Virus record (IMG/VR): IMGVR_UViG_3300028920_000027
Span: 64,001 to 128,000 of that record
Length of the DNA stretch: 64,000 nt
Reading direction: 5' to 3' (one strand)
Source: a virus
The position numbers and the translations under genes are program-made. Position 1 is the first letter of the stretch; each line of letters opens with the position of its first letter. The notes beneath the pieces are model-generated. The model was not told the DNA's origin. It ran no database searches and saw nothing but the letters and a program-made list of their open reading frames with translations. Shown here piece after piece: positions 21,732-28,941 of this stretch.

Positions 21732-22078
21732 ACGTTGGGTTGTTTTTCAGCCATCTCCCGACGGCGACGTTGAATGTCGTTGGCCTGAACCTGCAAGCTC
21801 TCCAGGAGACCTACACTCGAATGAATCCGCGCCGGGCTCCTAAGCAGAACTTCCATTGGAAGCAAAACGTGGAAGAAGTGGTTCGATCGCCTTGTGTCCC
21901 AAAGTGTGTACCGAATCGCCCGCAGACGTTGATCGTCAGAAGGTACCACCTGGTACCCCTCCAGAGCAAGAGCGAGAATCATGACGTCTCGAAAGTCAGC
22001 CATGCTGCCCGCCTTAAAGGTTTCATCACAGCAGGCCCGGAGCTTATACTCGTGCTTGAAGTCCTCTCGGGTCAGCAT
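21707..22078 (-). CDS. Hypothetical protein ending PNVWERLRCL
   Basis: ORF track; GGTGTAGAGT upstream; ATG 22078. Confidence 0.65.
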   Translation of the reverse strand: MLTREDFKHEYKLRACCDETFKAGSMADFRDVMILALALEGYQVVPSDDQRLRAIRYTLWDTRRSNHFFHVLLPMEVLLRSPARIHSSVGLLESLQVQANDIQRRRREMAEKQPNVWERLRCL

Positions 22079-22209
22079 GTCTGTTGGAGTCCCCCCGTAC
22101 TCTACACCAATCAACCAGTACAGTCGTAGAGAGCAGCCGGTGGTGGCCGCCGCATCTTGTGCATCGGCACCCTTGAACCTTGAACCCGGGCATCAGGGGA
22201 GAGCAGCCG

Positions 22210-22692
22210 CTACTCGATTTGGGAGGCCAGCCGCCGCAAGTGGGCGGCTAGATCCTGGCGCGAAGGTCGCTCGGGTCCTTGGCACGAAGCCAAAATATGG
22301 CCCAGCTCCTCCCGAAGCTCGTGGGGGTTCGTGATGCGAGCCGCCTTCGACCTCATGTACCGGTCCAGTTGTCGTTTCAGGCTCTTCTCAGCGCTCATCC
22401 GATCTCGGATGTTGGCCATCATCTCGGCGGAGGGCGGCCCCTCTTCACGACGTTGGTGGTCCGCGATGTTGGCGTGGAAGTGGAGCCAGTTCTTGGCGAG
22501 CATCAGCACTCCGTAGAGTCCAGGATCCCCCTCACGTTGCTTCTGATTCGCGATCTTCCCCATGGCCTCCTTGACGGCCATGATTGAGGTGAGGTCGGTC
22601 CCGATGGTGCGGGACATCTCTTCCAGAGCGATGTTGGCCCCCCGGCTGAGGGCCGTGCCCAGGAACTTTTCGGCTACCTGTACGGCGTTCAT
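22210..22692 (-). CDS. Helical hypothetical protein (160 aa)
   Basis: ORF track; N-terminal QVAEKF variant of the shared motif. Confidence 0.75.
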   Translation of the reverse strand: MNAVQVAEKFLGTALSRGANIALEEMSRTIGTDLTSIMAVKEAMGKIANQKQREGDPGLYGVLMLAKNWLHFHANIADHQRREEGPPSAEMMANIRDRMSAEKSLKRQLDRYMRSKAARITNPHELREELGHILASCQGPERPSRQDLAAHLRRLASQIE

Positions 22693-22745
22693 AGTCGAGG
22701 GTGCTCATAAGCAGATTCTGGTGAGCTGCGGTCTGATCGTGTACA

Positions 22746-22955
22746 CTAAAGCCCTGTGCCCGTGAAGCCCCCAGCAGCCCCCGTGAAGACACCCAAGCCG
22801 GTGACGCCGGCAAGGAGGTCTTCGCGATGCATTACAAGCGCAGGCGCCGCCGTAGGGGCGGCATCAAGGGCTGCTGCCTCATATGCAGCTTGGCGACCAC
22901 GGACGGTCGCCGTAACGGCCGCAAGCTGACTCTGCAAGAGGAGCGTTCGCTCCAA
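22746..22955 (-). CDS. Possible small Ala/Gly-rich protein
   Basis: ORF track only. Confidence 0.3.
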   Translation of the reverse strand: MERTLLLQSQLAAVTATVRGRQAAYEAAALDAAPTAAPALVMHREDLLAGVTGLGVFTGAAGGFTGTGL

Positions 22956-23043
22956 GACATGGTGGAGCAGCTCGAAGGCGTCGAGGTCGTGTGTCAGCCT
23001 CGAACCTCATAGAGCGACTCATGTGAGCACTCTACGTCGGTTC

Positions 23044-23131
23044 TGGCGGAAGGTGGAGGAGTCGAACCCCTGCGCCTCTCGACACACCCCGGTGTTCGAG
23101 ACCGGTTGCCCACCACTGAGCGGCACCTTCC
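23044..23131 (-). tRNA. trnS: tRNA-Ser(CGA)
   Basis: CCGGT-CT CGA AC-ACCGG, long variable arm, CCA. Confidence 0.9.
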
Positions 23132-23168
23132 AAGGGGAAAGACAGGACAGATTCTCTGGAGTGGAAAT

Positions 23169-23239
23169 TGGAGCCTCCGCGCGGAATCGAACCGCGACTA
23201 GCTGAGTACGAAACAGCCGTCTGACCATTCAGCAGAGGC
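23169..23239 (-). tRNA. trnT: tRNA-Thr(CGT)
   Basis: GCC.../...GGC acceptor; loop TT CGT AC; weak D arm; CCA. Confidence 0.7.
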
Positions 23240-23241
23240 AA

Positions 23242-23317
23242 GGGTCCCCACCGGAGGAGTCGAACCTCGTCAACGGCCTTCGGAGGGCCGTGCTCGGAAT
23301 CCGCCGAGGCGGTGGGG
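23242..23317 (-). tRNA. trnR: tRNA-Arg(CCG)
   Basis: CGGCC-CT CCG AA-GGCCG; CCCCACC/GGTGGGG acceptor. Confidence 0.85.
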
Positions 23318-23377
23318 TTATAAACTGTCCTTCCAAAGAGGAGCTGGATACCCCGGGTAGAGGCAGCTGGAGCGGTG

Positions 23378-23452
23378 TGGTACCCCCGTGAGGATTCGAA
23401 CCCCTTGCACCGGACTAGAAAACCGGCTCCCCTTCCATCGGGTAACGGAGGC
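23378..23452 (-). tRNA. trnR: tRNA-Arg(TCT)
   Basis: CCGG-T[TT TCT AG]T-CCGG; CCA. Confidence 0.8.
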
Positions 23453-23455
23453 AAA

Positions 23456-23539
23456 CGGAGGAAGGTAGAGGACTCGAACCCCTGCGCTTTCACGCACCCC
23501 GGCTTTCAAAGCCAGTTCGCCGCCTTGGCGGTACCTTCC
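23456..23539 (-). tRNA. trnS: tRNA-Ser(TGA)
   Basis: CTGGC-TT TGA AA-GCCGG; long variable arm. Confidence 0.88.
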
Positions 23540-23543
23540 AGGT

Positions 23544-23630
23544 TGGCGGAAGACGGAGGAATCGAACCCCTCACCCTTGCGGGTGCAGCCGCTTTCCAGG
23601 CGGACCAGGCGCCTTGCCTGTTCATCTTCC
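23544..23630 (-). tRNA. trnS: tRNA-Ser(GGA)
   Basis: CCGC-CT GGA AA-GCGG; long variable arm; CCA. Confidence 0.88.
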
Positions 23631-23633
23631 AGA

Positions 23634-23710
23634 TGGTCTGGGTGAGAGGACTTGAACCTCCAACAACCGGCACCCAAAGCCGGTCCTCTACCAGGTTGAG
23701 GTACACCCAG
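23634..23710 (-). tRNA. trnP: tRNA-Pro(TGG)
   Basis: CCGGC-TT TGG GT-GCCGG; CCA. Confidence 0.9.
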
Positions 23711-23713
23711 ATG

Positions 23714-23790
23714 TGGCTCCCCAGGCAGGACTCGAACCTGCAACCAGTCGGTTAACAGCCGACCGCTCTGCCAAATTGAGCTACCGGGGA
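23714..23790 (-). tRNA. trnN: tRNA-Asn(GTT)
   Basis: GTCGG-CT GTT AA-CCGAC; CCA. Confidence 0.92.
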
Positions 23791-23796
23791 ATGAAT

Positions 23797-23945
23797 TGGC
23801 CTCCCGCCGGGACTTGAACCCGGTAACGGAGCCCGTTCGAGCTGACTCGGGGCCGCACCGTGGGCCCACGGTACAGCCTAACCCTTACCCTCTCGAATGG
23901 CGTCCCCGTCAGAGCCGGCTCTTGTGAGCTGCCATGGCAGGGTAG
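23797..23945 (-). ncRNA. tRNA-like RNA: T-arm plus CCA, about 70-nt insert in place of the anticodon loop, no clear 5' acceptor strand
   Basis: CCGGG-TTCAAGT-CCCGG...GGAGG-CCA; helix GACGGGG/CTCCGTT; palindrome 23857-23872. Confidence 0.45.
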
Positions 23946-24018
23946 TAGGGGCCGGGGGAATCGAACCCACCCTTCGTCTGCTTGTAAAACAGCTGCCGTC
24001 ACCAGACAGCACGACCCC
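23944..24018 (-). tRNA. trnV: tRNA-Val(TAC)
   Basis: loop TT TAC AA; GGGGTCG/CGGCCCC acceptor. Confidence 0.75.
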
Positions 24019-24024
24019 CAGAGG

Positions 24025-24126
24025 CTAGTAGCCCCCGAAGTGCAGCCCGATCAACACGACCGTCACGATGAACGGGATGAGTGAGAAACCGGCAATGAAG
24101 CCTTGCAGCCTGAGGTGGTAGTCCAT
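24025..24126 (-). CDS. 33-aa single-pass membrane peptide
   Basis: MDYHLRLQGFIAGFSLIPFIVTVVLIGLHFGGY; GAGG RBS. Confidence 0.55.
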   Translation of the reverse strand: MDYHLRLQGFIAGFSLIPFIVTVVLIGLHFGGY

Positions 24127-24173
24127 GCCTCAAGAGTAAAGGATTCGAGCGTCTGTGACAAGGGTGTGACAGG

Positions 24174-24644
24174 CTATTTACGGCTGGGTGTCAGTGACCG
24201 AACCGTCGATCCGCAAGCGCCGAGAAGTGTAGGGGAAACGTCGCCGATCTCGACAGTAGTGCGGTCGTTGTAGACCCGCTCGAAGGTGTCCTTGTCGGCC
24301 TCGGTCAAGAGTTCCAAGAGGTCCACGTTGGCGGAGCCCAACTCGCCCTCTTGTACAGCAAGGTCCGCATAAACCTTGACGTTGCCGTTGCCTACCTCGT
24401 ACCTGATGTCGGCTGTCCACCCCTTGGCCTCGATCTCGACTCGGGCAGGCCCGAGTCGCCCACTTCTCACGGGGCGGGCCTTGATGTTGAAGCGGCCCCA
24501 CCCGCCGCTGGCGCGTGACCAGTACTGCGCCGTCGCCTCAGCAACCTCGTCCAGCCACAGAGTCTGGGCCTGCGCCAGGTTCGGGAGCGACCCCGCCGTC
24601 TTCCGGATCTGGTACTGCTGGACAACGCGCTGCTCAGTGGTCAT
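24174..24644 (-). CDS. Hypothetical protein (MTTEQRVVQQYQIRKTAGS...)
   Basis: Likely start ATG 24644; upstream poly-Phe in the ORF track comes from the microsatellite. Confidence 0.7.
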   Translation of the reverse strand: MTTEQRVVQQYQIRKTAGSLPNLAQAQTLWLDEVAEATAQYWSRASGGWGRFNIKARPVRSGRLGPARVEIEAKGWTADIRYEVGNGNVKVYADLAVQEGELGSANVDLLELLTEADKDTFERVYNDRTTVEIGDVSPTLLGACGSTVRSLTPSRK

Positions 24645-24660
24645 GTCATAGTCAGCGCAC

Positions 24661-24691
<31 letters not shown>

Positions 24692-24693
24692 GT

Positions 24694-24765
24694 CGGTGCT
24701 GGCGAGTGGACTCGAACCACAGCCGCAGGACATATGAAATCCCCGTACCGCCTTGGTACACCAGC
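24694..24765 (-). tRNA. tRNA-Met or Ile2 (CAT)
   Basis: GGGAT-TT CAT AT-GTCCT; GCTGGTG acceptor. Confidence 0.75.
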
Positions 24766-24769
24766 AAAA

Positions 24770-24950
24770 TGGTGACCTCACTTGGTGTGAGGTCCAGTGT
24801 GAATTACTGGGATCGTATCAACCACCCCATGGGCGCACTTGGCGACTACGGTACCGTCAATACCGAGAGTATGACCTCGCAGATCAATACCGACAGCAGA
24901 TTGAGTACTGGCAATCTGCGGGCACCCACTGGTACACTAGTTCGTTCTAT
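24770..24950 (-). ncRNA. Candidate structured RNA ending in an 8-bp microhelix + ACCA
   Basis: GACCTCAC/GTGAGGTC-A-CCA; hairpin 24896-24919; 10-nt direct repeat. Confidence 0.4.
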
Positions 24951-24962
24951 TTGCCCGAAAAA

Positions 24963-25038
24963 TGGTGACCCTGGGGGGAGTTGAACCCACCTCTTCCCGG
25001 GTGAAAACCGGGGCGCCTAACCGTTAGCAGACAGGGCC
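24963..25038 (-). tRNA. trnE: tRNA-Glu(TTC)
   Basis: CCCGG-TT TTC AC-CCGGG; CCA. Confidence 0.9.
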
Positions 25039-25040
25039 GT

Positions 25041-25113
25041 TGGAGCCAGCGGGGGGAGTCGAACCCGCCGTCGTCACCCATACCAAGGGTGCGCCTCGCC
25101 GTGAGTCGCTGGC
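25041..25113 (-). tRNA. trnT: tRNA-Thr(GGT)
   Basis: CACCC-TT GGT AT-GGGTG; CCA. Confidence 0.85.
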
Positions 25114-25171
25114 AAACGGTGTACAAGGTTTGAAGATCCGAAGCTGCACCAAGGCTGGAACCCTGACATCC

Positions 25172-25247
25172 TAGTGACCCCACCGGGACTTGAACCCGGA
25201 TTTCCTGAGTGAGAGTCAGGTTGCCTCGCCAGTTAGCAGATGGGGCC
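25172..25247 (-). tRNA. trnE: tRNA-Glu(CTC)
   Basis: CCTGA-CT CTC AC-TCAGG. Confidence 0.9.
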
Positions 25248-25351
25248 AGTTTGCGACGCCCGAGCAAGCTCGGGGCCGCCCACACCCCCTGGTGATCAAG
25301 CAGGGGGCTTGTGTGACGCAGACCATTTGGTTTACTCCCGTCTGCGAGGGG

Positions 25352-25426
25352 TGGAGCGAGTGACGGGAATCGAACCCGCCAGGACTGCGTTGGCAACGCA
25401 GTTCTCCACCTTGGAGAATCACTCGC
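25352..25426 (-). tRNA. trnG: tRNA-Gly(GCC)
   Basis: CTGCG-TT GCC AA-CGCAG; U73 CCA. Confidence 0.9.
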
Positions 25427-25482
25427 AGAAGTTCTCGGCAGCCGTTACTGCTACCACGGTCGCCTGTTCGAATTCTTTTAAA

Positions 25483-25689
25483 TCATGCTGTCGGGTCGGA
25501 GGGTAGACGAGCCGCTTCCGATTCCAAGCCCACCGCCAACAAGCTCAGCGCGTCGCGCAGGGCCCTATCCAGACGGTCGTCGTAGGTGATTTCCCAGGTG
25601 CCCTCTTGAGTCAAAATCTCGATGTGACTCATCGTGGACCGGTTCGACACGCGAAAGGTGTTGCCCCGAAAGGTGCAGTAGCCATACAT
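25483..25689 (-). CDS. Small hypothetical protein (68 aa)
   Basis: GGTGTATAGT 5 nt before ATG. Confidence 0.6.
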   Translation of the reverse strand: MYGYCTFRGNTFRVSNRSTMSHIEILTQEGTWEITYDDRLDRALRDALSLLAVGLESEAARLPSDPTA

Positions 25690-25694
25690 GAGAA

Positions 25695-25704
25695 ACTATA
25701 CACC
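25695..25704 (-). promoter_or_regulatory. GGTG-TATAGT promoter motif
   Basis: 5 nt before ATG 25689. Confidence 0.7.
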
Positions 25705-25706
25705 GT

Positions 25707-25776
25707 TGGGGTGTCGCGGGGAATCGAACCCCTCAACTCGGGTCACAGCCGAGTTCGCTCCCAGAGCTACGACACC
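25707..25776 (-). tRNA. trnH: tRNA-His(GTG)
   Basis: CTCGG-CT GTG AC-CCGAG; encoded G-1:C73. Confidence 0.85.
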
Positions 25777-25822
25777 ATTCGCACCAGCCGGTAGACGTGT
25801 TCTCGACGAATCGAGAATCGCT

Positions 25823-25910
25823 CAGCGGAAGGCGAGGGAATCGAACCCCTTAGCCCTTACGGACTACACTGGGTAGCGACCAGCTCCAGCACCATGCTGG
25901 ATCACCTTCC
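25823..25910 (-). tRNA. trnS: tRNA-Ser(GCT)
   Basis: GCTGG-TC GCT AC-CCAGT; long variable arm. Confidence 0.82.
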
Positions 25911-25946
25911 AAGAGTCATTTGCTGTCTAACGGTGTAAAAAACTCC

Positions 25947-26219
25947 ATGGCACTCAGTAACAAGAGGCGACAACACGCCCTGCTGTCAGGCGAAGCATGG
26001 GCCAAGGGAATGCTCAAGATCTTCATCGAGGACCCGAGTTACTTCCCGAAAGGTGCCGAGTCACTCTACGACTTTGTACCCAGAGCGGCTCGATCACACC
26101 TAGCCATGAATTGCACCCACAAACCCAGTCAAGAAGAAGAAGACCTGGCTCAAAAAGGTGCAGCCGATCTGATCCGGCTGGCTCTCGACTTCGCCGAAAA
26201 GGTGCCGGAGAATCCTTGA
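25947..26219 (+). CDS. Hypothetical protein (90 aa), antisense to the tRNA array
   Basis: GGTGTAAAAA 5 nt before ATG 25947. Confidence 0.7.
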   Translation: MALSNKRRQHALLSGEAWAKGMLKIFIEDPSYFPKGAESLYDFVPRAARSHLAMNCTHKPSQEEEDLAQKGAADLIRLALDFAEKVPENP

Positions 26220-26220
26220 G

Positions 26221-26305
26221 CAGAGAGCAGGGGTCTCGATCCCCAGGGCTTCTCGACCCCGAATCGCTTTCCAAGCGGACCCGGCACGATGATGTCTCAC
26301 GTGAA
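26221..26305 (-). pseudogene. Degenerate tRNA-Ser(GGA)
   Basis: CCGC-TT GGA AA-GCGA arm, variable arm and T-like arm present; 5' acceptor strand lost. Confidence 0.5.
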
Positions 26306-26308
26306 ATA
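26293..26308. promoter_or_regulatory. parS-like palindrome TGTCTCACGTGAAATA
   Basis: 14/16 match to TGTTTCACGTGAAACA. Confidence 0.4.
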
Positions 26309-26309
26309 T

Positions 26310-26385
26310 CGGCCCCCACCGGAGGAGTCGAACCTCGTCAGCCGGTTTAGGAAACCAGCGCCCGGAATCCGCCGAGGCGGTGGGG
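26310..26385 (-). tRNA. trnR: tRNA-Arg(CCT)
   Basis: CTGGT-TT CCT AA-ACCGG; paralogous body to Arg(CCG) and Arg(ACG). Confidence 0.87.
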
Positions 26386-26388
26386 GAG

Positions 26389-26474
26389 TTGCGGAAGGCG
26401 GAGGAATCGAACCCCATGGCCGTAAGACCACTTCGGGTAGCAGCCGAGCCCAGCACCTTGCTGGTTCGCCTTCC
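26389..26474 (-). tRNA. trnS: tRNA-Ser(GCT), second copy
   Basis: CTCGG-CT GCT AC-CCGAA; long variable arm. Confidence 0.85.
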
Positions 26475-26530
26475 AAGGGTTTCGGACGGGCCCGAAACCA
26501 AGAATCTGCTTGTGCCCTCGCTGAGGCACC

Positions 26531-26863
26531 ATGTACTCCTACGATCGACGTACCGCCTCCCGTCACGGCCCCGTGGGGGAGATTCTGATGAAGCGCTGGA
26601 ACATTCTCCACGACCTCGACCGCGAGCTGCAAGACGCGAGTCAGGAGTATGACGTGGCGGCCTCCTACAAGGGCAAGCCGGGGGAGAAGGGCGCCGAAAA
26701 GGTGATGGAAGCCATCAAGAAGGTCCGTGAGGCCATCTCCAACCTCGCCGACAGTGGCAAGGACTTCGACAAACTCCTCGAAGCCGAGACCAAGTTCGTC
26801 AAACAGCATGGCTCACCTGGCGACTACGCTCAGGCCCAGCGCGACGCGATCTACCCGCTGTAG
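26531..26863 (+). CDS. Helical hypothetical protein starting MYSYDRRTAS
   Basis: ORF track; GAGG RBS. Confidence 0.8.
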   Translation: MYSYDRRTASRHGPVGEILMKRWNILHDLDRELQDASQEYDVAASYKGKPGEKGAEKVMEAIKKVREAISNLADSGKDFDKLLEAETKFVKQHGSPGDYAQAQRDAIYPL

Positions 26864-26934
26864 TGGAATCGGGGGGACTCGAACCCCCATCTCTGGCTTG
26901 CGACACCAGCGTCTTCCCGTTGGACGACGACCCC
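26861..26934 (-). tRNA. trnA: tRNA-Ala(CGC)
   Basis: CTGGT-GT CGC AA-GCCAG; G3:U70. Confidence 0.82.
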
Positions 26935-26935
26935 T

Positions 26936-27010
26936 TAGAGCCGGCGAGCGGAATCGAACCGCAACCCTGAGGTTTACAAAACCCCCGCTCCTCCTTGGAG
27001 CTGCACCGGC
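26936..27010 (-). tRNA. trnT: tRNA-Thr(TGT)
   Basis: GGGGT-TT TGT AA-ACCTC. Confidence 0.88.
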
Positions 27011-27015
27011 ATTCT

Positions 27016-27158
27016 CCCGGACCACCCAGAGCCTGCAATGGGGACCGGGGCGACGTCTCGTGCCAGACGCCCTCCTGTATGCAGGAAGGAGGGTCCGAAA
27101 GGTCACGTACATGGTCGCACGCCTTGAAGTAATCAGGTCCCAGGCAGCTACCCCCGGG
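27016..27158 (-). ncRNA. Candidate multi-helix structured RNA between tRNA-Val and tRNA-Thr
   Basis: Four nested helices (CCCGG/CCGGG, GCCTG/CAGGC, GGACC/GGTCC, GCGAC/GTCGC) plus inner hairpins. Confidence 0.45.
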
Positions 27159-27174
27159 TTGATAGCTCATGGCG

Positions 27175-27251
27175 TGGTACGGGGCGTGGGGATCGAACCC
27201 ACCAGGAACCTGCTTGTCGAGCAGGTGTGTTCACCAGCTCACTCGCCCCGC
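27175..27251 (-). tRNA. trnV: tRNA-Val(GAC)
   Basis: CCTGC-TC GAC AA-GCAGG; CCA. Confidence 0.87.
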
Positions 27252-27260
27252 ATCTAGACA

Positions 27261-27276
27261 CATTTCACGTGAAACG
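27261..27276. promoter_or_regulatory. parS-like palindrome (reverse CGTTTCACGTGAAATG)
   Basis: Perfect 12-bp core TTTCACGTGAAA. Confidence 0.45.
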
Positions 27277-27323
27277 TTCAGTTGCGTGGTTCAGACAACC
27301 TACCGAAGGCCAACCTGAACCCG

Positions 27324-27395
27324 TGGTGGAACTGCCGGGTAACGCTCCCGGTTACCCTGGTTGCGACCCAGGGTCCCTGCCTTCAGGACAGCCCC
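27324..27395 (-). tRNA. trnA: tRNA-Ala(CGC), second copy, atypical T-loop AGCGTTA
   Basis: CCTGG-GT CGC AA-CCAGG; G3:U70; ACCA. Confidence 0.72.
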
Positions 27396-27424
27396 GAAGA
27401 ACGCCTTCCCAAGGATGAGGGTTG

Positions 27425-27502
27425 TAGTCAGGATGGCCGGAATCGAACCGGCGGTCTCCGCACCCCCAGTGCGGCGCTCTAGCCAAACTGAGCCACACCC
27501 TG
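27425..27502 (-). tRNA. trnP: tRNA-Pro(GGG)
   Basis: CCGCA-CT GGG GG-TGCGG. Confidence 0.9.
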
Positions 27503-28088
27503 AATCTTGTGCCAAGCCTCCAAAGTTGAAGGCTTGAATGAAACGTACCTGCCGTTGCTGCCGATGTCCTCCCAGGTGAAGACGTGTACCTCGTCCAGCA
27601 ACAGGTCGTAGCCGACTAGTAGGTCAAAGTCGGAAGGCTCGTAGTGGCGGCGACCTTGGCGCTTACTGGATGGGGGGCCCCTGCCTATGACGGGCAGCCC
27701 ACTTTACCTGGAGCCTGACTACGCGCGCATCTTCTAGCTCGATGAGCCAGTCGCTGCGGCTCCCCTCGAACACTGAGCGTAAGGGAGTGTACCCTAAGAC
27801 CACCAGCCGAAACAACACCGCCGCCTCCGCGATGCGACCCTTGTGTTCGGAAGTCAACCCGCCCGCCATCAGGTAGTACTTGGAAGGGCTGATTACCCGG
27901 GACGGTTTTGGCTTGTTAGTTGCCTGTCGAGACCTCAACTCGCTAGCCGTCAGAGGGTACTCCTTGAGCCAGAGGGACAGCGAGCCTTTTGCGGCTCCTG
28001 TAAGGTCGTGAATCTCGCGCAAGGAGCGTCGCTCCTCGACTCTCAACCGCACACATTCAGCCCTCAACCCGTCGTTACGCTTTGTCAT
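27479..28088 (-). pseudogene. HTH + PD-(D/E)XK homing-type endonuclease with +1 frameshift
   Basis: KGRIAEAAV...SDWLIE...RLQVK in frame 0; HYEPSDFDLLVGYDLLLDEVHVFTW in +1 frame after GGG CCC CCC ATC CAG TAA. Confidence 0.75.
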
Positions 28089-28121
28089 AGGTTCATTGAA
28101 CCATATCTGGGTTCGTAGAGC

Positions 28122-28196
28122 TGGTCGGAGACCCGGGGATCGAACCCGGCGAGTCTTGGTCCCGAACCAAGCGGCACACCCTGCGCCTTGTCTCCG
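28122..28196 (-). tRNA. trnP: tRNA-Pro(CGG)
   Basis: CTTGG-TT CGG GA-CCAAG; CCA. Confidence 0.87.
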
Positions 28197-28197
28197 T

Positions 28198-28274
28198 TGG
28201 ACCCCACCGGAGGAGTCGAACCTCGACAACGGGTTTCGTAGACCCGTGCCCGGTAATCCGCCGGGTCAGTGGGG
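28198..28274 (-). tRNA. trnR: tRNA-Arg(ACG)
   Basis: CGGGT-CT ACG AA-ACCCG; CCA. Confidence 0.88.
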
Positions 28275-28291
28275 ATGGACTTCAGTTGGAG

Positions 28292-28375
28292 TTGTAGGCC
28301 GCGTGAGAATCGAACTCCAAGCCAAAACGCTCATAAGACGCCCGGATGCGACCAGCACCCTGAAGGACGCGGCCC
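28292..28375 (-). tRNA. Atypical tRNA with TAT anticodon (Ile-like), 9/3 acceptor/T fold
   Basis: GGGCCGCGT/ACGCGGCCT 9 bp; T stem 3 bp; 6-bp D stem GGGTGC/GCATCC; loop CT TAT GA. Confidence 0.6.
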
Positions 28376-28379
28376 AGAT

Positions 28380-28455
28380 CAGTACTCGGGAGAGGAGTCG
28401 AACCTCCACTGGTCGGCTTCTAAAACCGATGTCTCTGCCGTTGGACTACCCGAGC
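28380..28455 (-). tRNA. trnL: tRNA-Leu(TAG) with short variable loop
   Basis: TCGGT-TT TAG AA-GCCGA; variable loop CCAGT only. Confidence 0.8.
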
Positions 28456-28456
28456 G

Positions 28457-28532
28457 TGGTAGGGGCGGAGGGAGTCGAACCCTCACTGGCCGCGTTTTAA
28501 GGGCGGTGTCTCTGCCGTTGGACTACACCCCC
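28457..28532 (-). tRNA. trnL: tRNA-Leu(TAA) with short variable loop
   Basis: CCGC-C[CT TAA AA]C-GCGG; variable loop CCAGT; CCA. Confidence 0.78.
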
Positions 28533-28605
28533 GCACCCCAAGAAGGAATCGAACCCTCATCCTCGGTTCCGAAGACCGATGCTCTATCCGTTGAGCTACT
28601 GGGGC
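28533..28605 (-). tRNA. trnR: tRNA-Arg(TCG)
   Basis: TCGGT-CT TCG GA-ACCGA. Confidence 0.88.
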
Positions 28606-28612
28606 AAGGTTT

Positions 28613-28700
28613 TGGTGCTCGCAGCAGGACTTGAACCTGCACGTCCACAAGGAACACTGGAGTTTGAAACCAGGATGTCTGCCAATTCCATCATGCGAGC
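28613..28700 (-). tRNA. trnL: tRNA-Leu(CAA)
   Basis: CTGG-T[TT CAA AC]T-CCAG; long variable arm; CCA. Confidence 0.85.
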
Positions 28701-28701
28701 A

Positions 28702-28791
28702 TGGTGCCGAGGACAGGAGTCGAACCTGCACGCCCCTTCAAAGAGCACCTGGACCTGAACCAGGCGTGGCTGCCATTTACACCACCTCGGC
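28702..28791 (-). tRNA. trnL: tRNA-Leu(CAG)
   Basis: CCTGG-TT CAG GT-CCAGG; long variable arm; CCA. Confidence 0.9.
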
Positions 28792-28853
28792 AAGTAGCGT
28801 CACACTGTCCCTGGACGACTGCTGGACCATTCCAACGACACCGCCGCGTGACG

Positions 28854-28939
28854 CAGTGCTAGGAGCGGGACTTGAACCCGCACGCCCACAAGGAGCACAG
28901 CTTCTCAAGCTGCCGTGTATGCCATTCCACCACCCTAGC
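28854..28939 (-). tRNA. trnL: tRNA-Leu(GAG)
   Basis: GCAGC-TT GAG AA-GCTGT; long variable arm. Confidence 0.9.
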
Positions 28940-28941
28940 AA

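Noticed and set aside
23378-23452. Second amber suppressor in the main array
   Set aside because: CCGG/CCGG register places TCT, not CTA, at positions 34-36.
24753-24968. 71-aa plus-strand ORF in the tRNA array
   Set aside because: No RBS or promoter motif, overlaps two tRNAs antisense; the region is better explained as structured RNA.
28613-28700. Opal/selenocysteine tRNA (TCA)
   Set aside because: Symmetric stem CTGG/CCAG sets the loop as TT-CAA-AC; Leu-type body with A73.
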